DNA of 64,000 nt from Octopus vulgaris (Eukaryota). The translations under genes were made by a program, and so were the position numbers. The stretch covers positions 13,454,001-13,518,000 of the forward strand of contig OX597838.1 in assembly GCA_951406725.2 (NCBI GenBank), read 5' to 3'. This document shows positions 11,375 to 25,000 of this stretch, piece after piece. Numbering within the stretch: the first letter of the stretch is position 1; every line of letters starts with the position of its first letter. The notes beneath the pieces are model-generated. The model ran no database searches. It saw only the letters and a list, made by a program, of their open reading frames with translations, and was not told where the DNA came from.

Positions 11375-11803
11375 AGTGCCATGCATATATCTCAGCAATC
11401 CATACACACACACATATATATAGATATATGTGTGTATATTATATCTAATATATTCATCTCTTGCTAGATGAGATACATTTGATCCCACCAATAACGAGTT
11501 TATTATCTAAATCTGCCTAAATGTATAAATACCAGACCTTATTTTGACAGCCAGCTTCCTGAAGATTTCATCTGAATGAAACAGTGCTAGTCCTGTAGAA
11601 GCTCCTTCTATAAAATAATATATATATATATATATATACTTAGTTTGATTTGAAAACCCCCACTAGAATGGGAGAAAGCACTAATATACATGATGTATAA
11701 AAAAATGTAATATACAATTAAATATCTGTAAATATAAACCATCCGACTTTCTGAGTACCTCATTTCTTCTAATATAAAATACCTGTACATCATCTCCAAA
11801 CCT

Positions 11804-11863
<60 letters not shown>

Positions 11864-12672
11864 AGGTTTGGAGATGATGTACAGGTATTTTATATTAGAA
11901 GAAATGAGGTACTCAGAAAGTCGGATGGTTATATATTTACAGATATTTAATTGTGTGTGTGTGGATACATAGGTCGACACGCATGTGGCGGCTCCCTTAA
12001 TATCCTACAAACTACAAATACATTTTGCCACATTTCGATAAGGACCGTTACACGAACCGCTCCTCGTCCTTTGGGTAGCTTTTTGCTGTTTGAAAATATT
12101 CCTTGATTTTTATTTGCCGTGTTTGTTTGTTCTTACCAAACATGTACATATATGTTTTTGTGTGTACACGCCCATACTGTTTCGAAATAAATAAAATAAA
12201 ATAAATTTACCCAAAGAAATTGTAATAAATAAATAAATGTATTAAATTTCCCCAGGTAAAAAAACCCACAAGGAGACTTCTAAATAACCACAAAAATTCA
12301 ATGAAGAAGCGCTAAGATGTCTATCCTCAAGAGTGAAAATAATTTTCCCCCACCTCATTCATAATGAATAAAAACAGTGATTAAAATTAGTAGTGGTGGT
12401 TGATCTCAAATCTTCTCTAAAACCGTGAGACGGGAGATATAGATAGAGCTTTTTGTTTTGATCAGATTTAGCTAATATATATCAAAGCCTACTTTATCCA
12501 GTGTCTTCTTGTTTTAAAACAGGATATGAATTTTGCTAACTATTTCTGAACACTCCTTGTAATAAGAGAGGCTCGCCTTTATCTCGCGCACAATTTCTTG
12601 TATGCGTGTGGTGGTTAAATTCAAATGTGCTTAGATGCGATATGTATCATCTATACTTATCGCATCCTTTTT

Positions 12673-12718
<46 letters not shown>

Positions 12719-15700
12719 CTTAGTATGTGTGGAGCATTGTTATCCAATGTTTAGAAATGGTAGGATTTGATTTTTAGGGCGATTTTTGGTTGCCGTTTCC
12801 TACACTGGTTTTCAAAAAAAAATGCTTTCGTCTTATGAATGTATTTGTGTGTATACACTCACACACACACGCATCATGTCTTGTATGTATGTCAAGCCTG
12901 TGCGTGTGTATACAACGTTTATTGTATGCGTGTATGTTAGGAGGAGGAGGAGAAGCAGCAACTCTTGTGTCATGACACAGTAGTCACTAATGGCGGGCTT
13001 CTCTCACAAATATTTACCAGATGTCTCTCGCTTCATTTTTTCTCTTTCTGGGCTACAGATATAATTTGTAAATATATATAATAAACATTGGATTAAATAG
13101 AAATGCAAAGTATACGTTCCGTAATAATGATGGTCATTCATAGATGTTTAAAAATAAGGGAAACCTTCCATAAGATGTTATATAAGAAGGCAACAGTGTA
13201 TGGTTGTGGCTTACTTAGATAGGAAGAGGAAAATGAAATATTCATTTCTCTTCATAGCAGCTCTAACTCTAAAATCTAGACGTTACATAATTTTTGATAT
13301 CCTAACGATTTTTTATGACTTTTAAAGCAAATTTTTTTTGTTTTAAATAAAGTATAAGTTTTGGAAATGTGTGTTCCTCATTTTCTGTTTTGTTCATATA
13401 TTTTTATGCCTTTGTAACCTGAAATTTATTTTTAGCACCATGTTGAGAAAGACGCATTGGTCTGTCTTTATTAGTGGCGAAGCTAAAGGACGTGTACACA
13501 AACTCTAAATAAAATTTAATCTAATTTCTTAATCGTTCGTAATGATCAAATGGTGAAGAAATTTACATTTGGTCGTCAAAAATTTAATCTTATAGTTTAA
13601 GAAGATTCGTGAACGTAATTTTATGATGTAATAGGGCACGTGCTTGCTATTTCATCTTGCTTCTATTTTCCGTTTTCCTTCCTCGAATGTTCTTTTAAAT
13701 TATTTACAATTTCATTTCTCAATGAAATTTGAAGCCGTGAATCTTAAATTTTGAAATTTCGAATCAAAATATATCTATAGTTTGCATTTTTCATATTATC
13801 GCCTTTAATATTAAGAAAGAGTATATAGTTGTATCTTAGATGGATTAAATGTCCTTTGTGTGTGTGAAAGGAAGACACACGTGCTCTTTTATAAAAGTGG
13901 TTGGTGGAGTTTGAAACGGGAACGTTTGATTTATTAGTTGCCATGGTGCGAGATGAATGTCTGGGCGCGCGGCCGAGTGGAAAAAAGTATCTTTTTTTTT
14001 TTAAATGTTAACGATTTTTGCTTTGAGATTAAGGTCAACAGTATACGATTCAACGATGCAAGCCACACAGCGACTGTCTATTTTTTTTTTTAGTGATCTC
14101 TTCGTCGTTGGTTACGATTTGACTGGTTCCTATGTATGAGACCCAGTTTGATGTGAACTTTATTTGTAATATTCATTTATTTGTAAATGATTAAGGGTTC
14201 ATAATCAGTTAAAATTGCAATGCTTTGATCTAAAACAGGTTGGAGGCACTTTGCTATGCATTAGGCCTTCTGGAGAGTAGCGTATTTGTGTTGAGAATAA
14301 ACCTTATTTTACAAATTCGTAGGTAAACATGTTATAAATTAATTTTTGAACTTTCGACTAGATTTTTGGAGGGTTCTCAATCTTTTATTTGCAAAAAAGG
14401 TATTGGTTTGTTAATGAAAATATTTCAATTCATTACGTGATATTATGAATGGAAATAATTTAGAACGAAATGCTTAAATGCTTAATAACAACCTTATGTA
14501 GACGTGCGAACAGAGACTAGTGTAATTTTCTATATATGAGGTATTTATAGAGAATATATTGTACAGGTGTACATAATTTAACATTCTATAAAGAAAGCAT
14601 TACGTCTCAACGATGTTGATACATACGAATAAGTTAAAAAATATATATTAAACATGTATCTGCACAGCTAGTCTTTCACACGTTAATTACATAAAAAAAC
14701 TTTTGGAAACAGGTGGTTATTTTAAAATTTTGGGGTGTAGGTTTCATAGTCTTCCTCCTATATATTTTTTTTCACTGGTTTAATTTTTGGTTAATCTTCA
14801 TCAAGCAAATCTATGCTCAAAGGTGTTCTATGATCCTGTTTTGCTTCTGGATATAATATCACATTATTCAGTGCATAATTTCTGAATATGGGTGTTGATT
14901 TCAATAAGATCAACGTTTTTCTTTCTCAGTTTCTCAAATGGAGTATGTGTGTATCTTAACTCATTGTGATGTACATAATATATTGCTCATCGAATTGGTG
15001 ACCCACATACATTTCGAATATGAGATCTATTTTTAAAAATAACAACATAATGACATGTATTTCTTATAAGAAATAAACTTCTCAAAGTAGATTTATTAAT
15101 GTTTGCTTCTTGATGGTTCATTTTTGTAACTCTGTAAAATTTGCCTGATAGAATGTTAAAATTGTTCCAGAGTAAAAATCACAGAAAAAAATATCTTGGG
15201 AGGCAGTGAATTTTGAGAGCTGCAGTTTAGCCAACATTAGATATGTACTGGAATGAGTATTCAGATTGGTTGAATTCCATCAAGTGTTATTTGGGTATAG
15301 AAGAAGAGTTTGGTTTTGTGACTGATGTGTGCATAATCTATTGTTTTGAGAACTCTAATTAAGACTTATATTTATATTTTCAGAATATAATTATTCAGGT
15401 GCCGGTGGTGGCCAAGCTGGGTAAGTTAACAAAATAGTTGAAATAATTTCGTTTTCGATTTATTTCTATGAAATTTTGCGTCATATTTTTGAATAACTGT
15501 CTTTGTTTTCCTTCACAGCTACAGCTACAATGCCTATGGCGGCACTGCTGCCGGAGACAGTAGCTCTTACCAGCCGGCTACTTACAGCCAACAGGTGAGT
15601 CCTTAATTTCTGGCTTGTTCAAGCTGTACACACAGCTTAACTTGGGCCCATTTTTTTCAAGTTTTCCTCAACATTTCATCCTTGTATATTCTGGCCAGTA

Positions 15701-18700
15701 TTTTTATATCTGTCAAGGGTGAAAATAAAAATAACAGCTAAATGTACTAGATTACTATTAATTAGAATTTATTATCCAGAACATTACTTAATTCTCTCTA
15801 CACGATTATTTTTTTCTAGAGTTCTTCACATTTTAGCATGAATAATGACTATACATGTAATAGAACAGTTTTAGCTAAATAATAGTTGCAGACTATAAAG
15901 TAGTGATAAAAAGTTTTCTTTTGTAATGAACATTCTATTTCTTGCTTTTCTTCAGGGATATGGTCAGACTTACAGTTATGACCAGTTGTCCTATAGTCCA
16001 TCTACGGCAGCACCCCAAGCTGCGGTCCCTTCATCTTATGCTCAACAGCCTGGTTATGGTCAAACAGCATATGGACAGACTGTATATAGTCAGTCAGGTT
16101 AGTTGGTTTTTATTTGGAATTTATTTAAAAAGCACATCTCCCTGCCTTTTACTACTTAAAATTATATATGTGACTTATTTCCAAATATTTTGAATTTTTT
16201 TTTCCCCTCTTATTTGAACTTGCGATCTAAAGCTAATAATACTTTACACTGCTTGCTTTTTTTCCCCCCTTTTATATCACTGGAATGTTTATATACTTAC
16301 TTTTCTCATAAATTTAAATGTAATAAATTTAACTTAATTGACTGCATAAACTTTTTGACTAACTGCCATAATTTACTGTTCTTGTATCCCATTATTGTAC
16401 ATTTAACGGTGTATATTGTCTACACAAGCATTATTTGTTAAAAATTTCTAATGCAATTTCTCTTCGTATTTGTACATTGGCTTTTCCTATATGCTTGCCC
16501 TTCATCCTGTTAGTATTAACACAGTTGTCACTTATTTTGTTAAACTTCAAAAGAGATGCTTATTGTTTATATATATATATACTTACATATATATATGAAA
16601 TAGTTTTGTTTTTAATTTTTTGGGGGGAGAAATGGGAGGCATCAAGCAGAGCAGGAACTCACAGTTTTGCTACTAATCTCTTTCAGGCCAGCCAGCTCAA
16701 CAGTCTTATGGTCAATATGGCCAGACATATGGTCAGAGCTCGGATGGTTCCGCCTACGGCCAACAATCTTCCTATTCTCAGCAAGGTAACCACAGATTGC
16801 TTCTAGGATATTTTCCATGATTATAAATGGTGTCTCCCAGTACAGCCATTCCCTTTTCTTTTCGTTTTTTCTTCTTGAAGTTTTAAACGTGCATGAATAA
16901 ATTTTGATCTTAAAAACCTTTTTTTAACAATTTTTAATGTAGCCTCCTGCCATAGATATGACTTAGGATGTAGATCTTCTATACAGCTGATAATTCATTG
17001 AAATGTTAAAGTTGCTGCTATTGTGTACAAGGATGTTGTCACAGTTTATATGAAACCTTATTGGAACAATGCTCTGGGTCACCATTTAGAGCTAATTGAA
17101 ACCAGTTCTAAAAGTTTATTGGTTTCCATGACTAGTTTATGTATAACCCAACCTTTGCCACCATTGGGCATCAAAGAGAGCACCCCTCCATACCTTTTCC
17201 TTACAATAAAATTTTCATGAAATACATATGAATGAATAAGCATCTCATTTGATAGTAATCTGAATGCTTAAGAATTCTTGTAGAAATAAACAGCATTAGT
17301 GTTGTAGTCACATGTTACTGTTTACTGAACAGAGCTGATTTCAACTTTGTTGTTATGGATACTGTCAGTGTATACTATATAGTGATATATTAAGCTAGTA
17401 TTGGGGAGACAGTAAGAATTACTGCTTTTGGGAATGTAGGTGGGTGTCGTTATAGTAACTGTCATGAAAAATTTTGAGTCAATATGGAGGAAATAGTGTC
17501 AGCTCTGAACATTTGGCTATAAATTTTTCATCACGGGGTTGTCTGCCCCAGGTGCTAGTCCAGCAACTGTGCAGTTAAAAGATGAGTGTTTGACTTGAAT
17601 TAACAACAGTGAAGTGTAATTTTATAAATTCTGTTTTCTCTGTAGTAACAATTAACTATTATCTCAAATATTAACAAATTAACAAGATAGATGTCTTAGT
17701 TCACAGATAACCACAGTACAAGTTCTGTATCATTTAAGTGTGACTATATTCCGTAACTTAGCAATTTGTATAATGTTTATACAAGTGTAGAACAGTGCTC
17801 ATGTTTTGAGAAACTTTCTAAGACTCTGCTTGCTCAGAAATTTGTCATTGGGTCATCTGACACAAGTATTTTGACTTGATTTGCTCTCTTTCAGTGATGA
17901 GTATCTCTTAGGCATTTTGACTGGTCTCAAAATCTGTTTTGATTTAGAAATCCGCCAACAATTTTTGCTCAAAAGCTGGCCAAATTAATATACACAGCTG
18001 AAACAGCAATTGGATTCCACTTCAGTCAATTATATTTTAGGTGATAATTTTGCTCAAAGAAACCATTCAAATTTGTGTAATATTTCATGTTTGAGTGCAA
18101 AATAAACATTGTTTCCTGTCTTTTGAGTTAACAGGAAAATGGCTTCATAATTTCTCTCAAAAAAACCTCAGCATGCTTTTCCAAGAATTGAAAGTTTTGT
18201 GTCTTTTGTGAGGAATAGTTTGGCATCTAATACACAAATAATCATATTTAGAATTATTAAATTTCTGTATTTTTGAGACTTGATACTGGAACATTTGGTT
18301 TTTAAAATACATTTTATTCTGCTGATTTTAATATATTTGTTTCACTTGACATAACTTTTTTTACTTGACATTTATAACTTTTTTTTTTTTCAGTTGACAA
18401 GTTTTACTACATTTTTAAAAAGCATATCTGATAGTTTTAGGTAAAAGTGGATTTTCATATGTCCTTTTAATAAATGAAAACATAATGTTTTGCTATTTAA
18501 ACTGACAGGTTATGGTCAGGCTGCACAACCTCCTGCTTCAAGCAGTAGTGGCAGTGGCGGTGGAAACGGGGGCTACAGTCAGCAAAGTTATGGTCAGCAG
18601 AACAGTAGCTACAGTGCTCCTCCTCCACAGCAGCAGCAACAGACTGGTTATGGTCAACAGAATTCCTATGGTCAACAGCCAGCCCAGCCACAAAGCAATT

Positions 18701-21700
18701 ATGGAAATCAGCAACATAGCTATGGTGACTACAACCAACAAGGTGGCTACGGAGGTGCTCCTCAGCAACCTCCCCCACAGGCACCATCTGGTGGCTATGG
18801 CGGCCCTCCTCCTCCCAAAAATTATGGCGGTAAGTGGCTAAGTATATCAGCTGTCGTTTTTCTTGTTGAAAATTAGCAAAATAAAATTTAGGGACTTGAA
18901 ATTGAATGTGGGTTTCAACATTGAATGTATTTATATTGTTTAGTAAATATTTTGAGAAAATTACTCTGATAGAAGAATTTTCAATGATACATTTGTACCG
19001 TTTTTAACTCTTTTGATATATTTCTGTAATAAAGGGGTGGGGGCATAAAAATCCCAATATTTTTGATTTACCTAAAACCTCATTGGGATGCAGATCAATA
19101 ATCATGCATTTTTCTCAATTGGGCTATAAACATACTCTCATATTGTAGTTTTCCTATATATATATATATATATATATATCTCTTGGTATCTATAAGTTAC
19201 AGGGCATTCTTATGTAGATTTATTAAAGGTAAGATGCAAATGTGTATTTAGTTTTTCTACATTTCTCTATATCTGAATCCATATTCTATTGAGTGTTAAG
19301 GTTTGGTTAGTAATATTAACCTGTGCACAGTTGTAACCATCAGTTCATGATTTTCTTTTTCAGACAATCGCAGTAGTAGTCGTGGTGGAGATCGTAGTGG
19401 CAGTGGCGACCGTGGTGAGCGCGGAGATCGTGGCAACAGTAGTGACAGAGGAAGTGGCAATTCAGGCTATGGGTGAGCTTAATTTTTCTATTTCCCCCCT
19501 AAAACTCTCATCTTGGTACATGACACTTAATTTCCTTTAAAATGTGTTTTCTAAAGAAATCTTGGACAGTAAGAGGAGTCAAGTTGTTGGTTCCAACGGA
19601 CATGTTTCCCTCCCATAAACAACTTGTCGGTAACATTTTCTTAATGGTGCTCTCTCCTCCGTTGATATTGGTAAGACATGTTACGTGCAAATTCTTTTAC
19701 AACACCTTTGTCACATTTCGGTGACTGTTGCGTTTAATCGACTATGACCTTTTGGCTTGTGTAAATTCTCAAGGTTACCTTCCCACTGCAATATCATCAT
19801 GAAACTGTTCTCCATTGGTCCAACTCATTTATTGTTATGAAATTGAAAGCTGTACAGTAGGGAAAACATGGTATGGATGAGTGGGTGGAAGTGTTTCACT
19901 TGGTCAGCATTTACAAAAAAAAGGACACGAGCATTCCAGGGAAAAGTTGTAAAATAATTTTTTATTTTGTTTTTACTTTTGCGCAAATTCTTTTTGGTGC
20001 ATTCAAGGACTCAAAAAAGACTCATATATGGGGGAAGAAATCAAAAAATTCTGAAGTTTCATCAAAACAATTTAAAAAAAAAATTTTTTTTAATTTCAAA
20101 AGACAATTTTTTTTAACATACATGAAATACTCTGGTACACTTGGTTGATATATTTTGCCTTGTCTCTAGGCTGTTTTTGCATGCAATATTCTGAGAATAT
20201 GGATAAGACTATTTGTTAGTCTGCTGGATTATCACTGAGTGTTGGTGGTATATTTCTTTGAATATGAATTATAGAAATTGAAAAGCTTATATGATTTTCT
20301 TAAATTGTTTCAAGCTTTAACAATCTAAATTGGTAGCTTCAGTTCTTTCATTATTTAGGATGTGATGGTAATGATGAGTTTGAATGTTTTGGCTGAATAC
20401 ATCTTTGCCATGCTTCTTATTTCAAAATCCTACAGTTTGTCTCTTTTGGTCAGTTGCTTAGTTCACTTAGGGTGATATATTAATCTATAATGGAAATTCT
20501 TAGAATCTCCTTTGCCATTTGGTTTTCAAATCCGTTCCTGCAGTAACAAGCTGTTTACATTTTATCAGCCCGTATCACCAAGGATAGTTGAACCTGTTGC
20601 AGCGATTGCCAATGTTTGCGTCATATCCAAACTGAGGGTGTAAAATTTGTCTCCTGGCTTTGTTTAATTGCAAGAAACTTAGTTTCTCAAGTATTTTTTT
20701 TCATCAAACTTGCATTTTCAAAAACTAGTTATGATGGTCATAATTAAAAATTAAAGGAAAATTATAAGAATTGTTGGGTGTGCTCAAAAGGTTTTATGAA
20801 ATGTGTTTATAAACAGTCCAGTAAGGTGTGCACATACGCTTTCTCTACAGCTTAGCAACTAACTGTTAAGTTATGCCATTGTGTGTGTGTGTGTGTGTGT
20901 GTATACATATGTATATATATGAATGAAAGACTGGAATGTTTGTATTGTGACATATGATATTGGTACCTGAACTCTTAGTTATCTGGATTGTGTTCAGTTC
21001 CACTGTATGAGTATTGTAAATAAAACACATTCTCATTGTATTCCATTGCTTCAAATCACTGGTTGCAGGTTTATTTGTCAGGTGGCTTAAATGACTCCAA
21101 TTAACTGATATTACTGGAGAGATTTTGAGGTGCGTTTGATATTAAAAGTTGAATTTAAAAAACAAAAAAGAAACAGCTACTGTTGGAGTATTGGAATGTG
21201 TTGGAATCTTTAAAAGTAATATAGGATTTGGATTTTTTTAAGAAAAATTTTTTTCTCATTTCTCATTTTCAGAGAAATCATTATCTATACATATTTTCCC
21301 ATAAATATGAAAACTGGTTCCATTACAAGCTATTGTTGCACCAATGCAATCATGAGATCCACAACTTGGCTTCACTGAATCCTGCAATGGATAAACCTAT
21401 CCCATTATTTCTCCCATCATATTTATTGGTTACTTGGTGTATTTTTTCCTTCAGACTTTCCCAAACCGAAACTTAAGGTTCTGCACCATTTCTATTTTCC
21501 TCCCTAGTGTAAAAAAAAAAATTATTAGTGAACTTTCAGTAAATTAAGTGAAATTATTAATATTAATTTATTACATGACATATTTTCCTTTTACTATTTA
21601 ATTCTCTTGCTTAAGTATTTAGTGTTTTTGGGGACCAGAAAAATTTGCAGAACTGAATGAGTGAATGAGTTTCAGTTGTTGGTATTGATGACCTGATTAA

Positions 21701-22029
21701 AATTAAAATTTTGTACAGATTGATACATTCAGTATATATAATTTTTCTGGTCCCAATGTCATTTCATTTACCCCACCTTTTTTTTTTTTCTTTACATATA
21801 CATCTGTTCAGAAATAGCAAAACTGGTCTTATTAATATTGTGTGTGTGTGATATACATGTGTATGGGCTTATTTAAAAGAATTTTTTTTTTTTCTAAGTG
21901 TGCTTTTAGTATAAATTGAAAATTGGGAGTATGTGTACTCTACTAAATTCTTTAGATTTTGGTAGAATACATATAAAGGGTACTTTGTGGGCATATTTTT
22001 AGTTTCCAAGGTTTACCATTCCTCAATCG

Positions 22030-22060
<31 letters not shown>

Positions 22061-25000
22061 TTGTATGCAAATAGCTGTTTTCACCCTCATTTTTTTCTCT
22101 TGTAATTGTGGCCGCCTTGTATAATAATGTTTGTTTTGATGATGAAAAATAATGCAAACTTTCTTTTTTTTTTTAAAGTCATCTATTTCTGACAGGTCAC
22201 ATTGAAGGTCAGTTTCGAGACACTAATGTGTTGCAAAATAAAATCAAAATATAAAGACCAATATAATGCTTTAAAATCCTTATATACTGAAGTGCTGCTC
22301 TAAAAGCAAACAAAAGTTACAGGAAAAATACAATGATTTTTCTTTAACTTTTGAGCAAATGTTTTAACCTGTAAGAAAGCAAGTGAAACAAAACCCAGTC
22401 CATGCTGACCCCCTAAAATATCAGCTTAATGCTTTCCCCTGCCCTGTTCCTTCTCTTGTGGTTTTGGTGTTCAACAGTGTCTGCATACATTACAGAAAAA
22501 CCTATCTTGGTATATAGTTAGGCCATGCTGGTACACAAATAGAAGTCTTGTATATATAGATATATATATATGTTATATATATATAAATATATATGAATGA
22601 GTTTTTTAAAAAAACATTTTTTTCTTCAAAACATTTTTAAATCTCTGAAAACGTTTTTTCTTTTTCAATCATCCATTTTGATAAGTAAAGTTGTATTTAA
22701 GACAAAAAAAGAAAAAGGTAAAACAACAAAACAAATTAGTACCAATCAACCAACCAGAAAGTTGTTGTCCCAACTGCTGTCTCTATGGTGTGTCTCTAAT
22801 GCAAAACATTAGCTTGTGTTGCTTATGACGTGTCTCAGCTACTACAGCATGACTTTGTAATGAGTAGCCCATTGAATCCATCTACACCAAGAGGTTTCTG
22901 GTATATTGTTATATATACATATATGTATGTATATATATATTCTTTCCTCAGGTGGTTTGCTTATTAGCCAACGAAAGATATATTAAAAGGTGAATTCAAA
23001 AGTTCTAGATGAATATATATATACATGTCTATATGTATATGTTTTGGTGTTTTTAATTGGTTTATTTTTTTTTTCCGTGGTTGAAATGGTTTGAAAAATT
23101 TAAATGTGCCCCTATTTAGTGTAAACTAAATCAGATGACTGTAAAAGGGTTAACAGCTATGAAATTGTTCATGATTATATATTTTTTTTTTTGAAATGGT
23201 GTTTGCCCACACGGGGTTTAAAAAAAAAAAAGAATTAAAAAAAAAACAATTTACAGTTTTGCAACAACAGCCTTAGCGTGTCTTAGAAATGTCCTGCATT
23301 TGAGCTGCTTGGAAATGGTGAAAAATGACCGGGTGAAGAGAAATCTTGGCCTTGTCAGTAGAGCATTCCATCTGTAGGATGGACTGTTATTACTGAACTT
23401 TCCTAATGTATTTCAGCGGTGGCAGAGGAGGCTTCAACAAAAGTTATGGTGGTGGTAAGTGACTGGTTAAGGCTGTTACAGCCTCCTCTTTTCTTATCCT
23501 CGGTATTTCACACACACTCAACTTCCACACTTGCTCACATACACACACATTCGGACAAGTCAACAAGCAAACACCCCCACTGAGAAATTGCATAACGTCT
23601 TTGATTTCACAACAATCCATGACATTCAGAATTCTTCAAAACTGTTAATGGTATTGTGTGTGTATATGTATTTGATTATTTGGGCATTTAACTACGACGG
23701 TAAAAATACCATAGACAACATGTACACTCATGGTTGTTTTGAAAATTAGATCAGTCTTTTGTGACTAATTACAATGAAAGCCAGAATGTTTGTAAGGTAA
23801 TTTACATAATGGTGAATTAGAATCTGGTTATTCTTACTATCAATGATGTACACTGCTGAGCCATTTCGGTATGTTTTAGAGCATACGGCTGTGTTTAAAA
23901 CAGACACAAAAAAAATGGAATGTGCATATCGGTAAACCTCTACAACTGGTGTTCATTTGGTATATTACAAACAAAATGGTCTGTAAAAATGTGAAAATGT
24001 CAAAAAAATTTGGTGAAAAAACATTGTGTGTATTTGATGGGTTAAAATAAGGTGAGTGGTATTATGAAAAAGAAAAAAAAAAAAGGCTGTTGAAATGACA
24101 TTGGTATTGTGTACAAGAATGTACTTACTACCCAATCACTTGATGTACAATGTTCCAAAGGTGCGCACACACACAAAAAAGGGTTTTGAGACAGTTGGTT
24201 GAATGGACAACAGTTAGTGATTATTTTTCTTCCACTCCACACCATTGATTTTGTTTTTTTTTTATTTTAATTTACTTACCTGATGTAATTTTTTTTTTTT
24301 TTATATTGCCACCTTCCATTTCGGATTGATCAAGGTCTTTATATTGGTCCTGATTACTAGTGACATTTCTCTGCTAGCCAACTATATTTAAAATCCACTG
24401 AGATATATAAATCAGCACGCACACACACGCACATGTATATATATGCATGCTAATTAGTAATATTGAAACGCTGTTTCATTGGTTCTCTGTTGAAAACTTA
24501 GGTTTTCTATTTAAAACAAAACAAAGATTTATTTTTTTTTTTTTATTCAAGGGTTAAAAATATATGGTGATTGCAAACATTTTAAATATTTCCATCCAGT
24601 TCCACTATATTAATCTGCATAATTATATTTCGAAATCTTGGTTGCTGAGTAAAGATATCCAAGTGGTTTAATGACTTTCCAGTACAACTGTGTATGTTGA
24701 GTTGAAATCAAAGCTGCATATTGATGGGAAATCTAGACGGTTTTAAAGCAGTGAACCCAAGTACTTTACCCTTTAATGCTCAGTCATTATCACTATTAGC
24801 CTCTAATGTGATGAGATCCTTGAAATGTTGGTTTTACTGTACAGTCATCTTAGTAACCTGAACATATTTGATATATGTTGACTTAGTGGTTGTTAGGCTT
24901 CTACTCCATCCCTTCTTTCTCGGAGATCCTCATGTGTCTAATTTCAATAAACTTTTGTTTCATGGGGGAAAAGAATTGTTTTATTGGCCTCTATTGATTT

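Noticed and set aside
17894-18001. Possible intronic C/D box snoRNA (GTGATGA...CTGA)
   Set aside because: No terminal stem and no recognisable rRNA antisense element; such motifs are expected by chance
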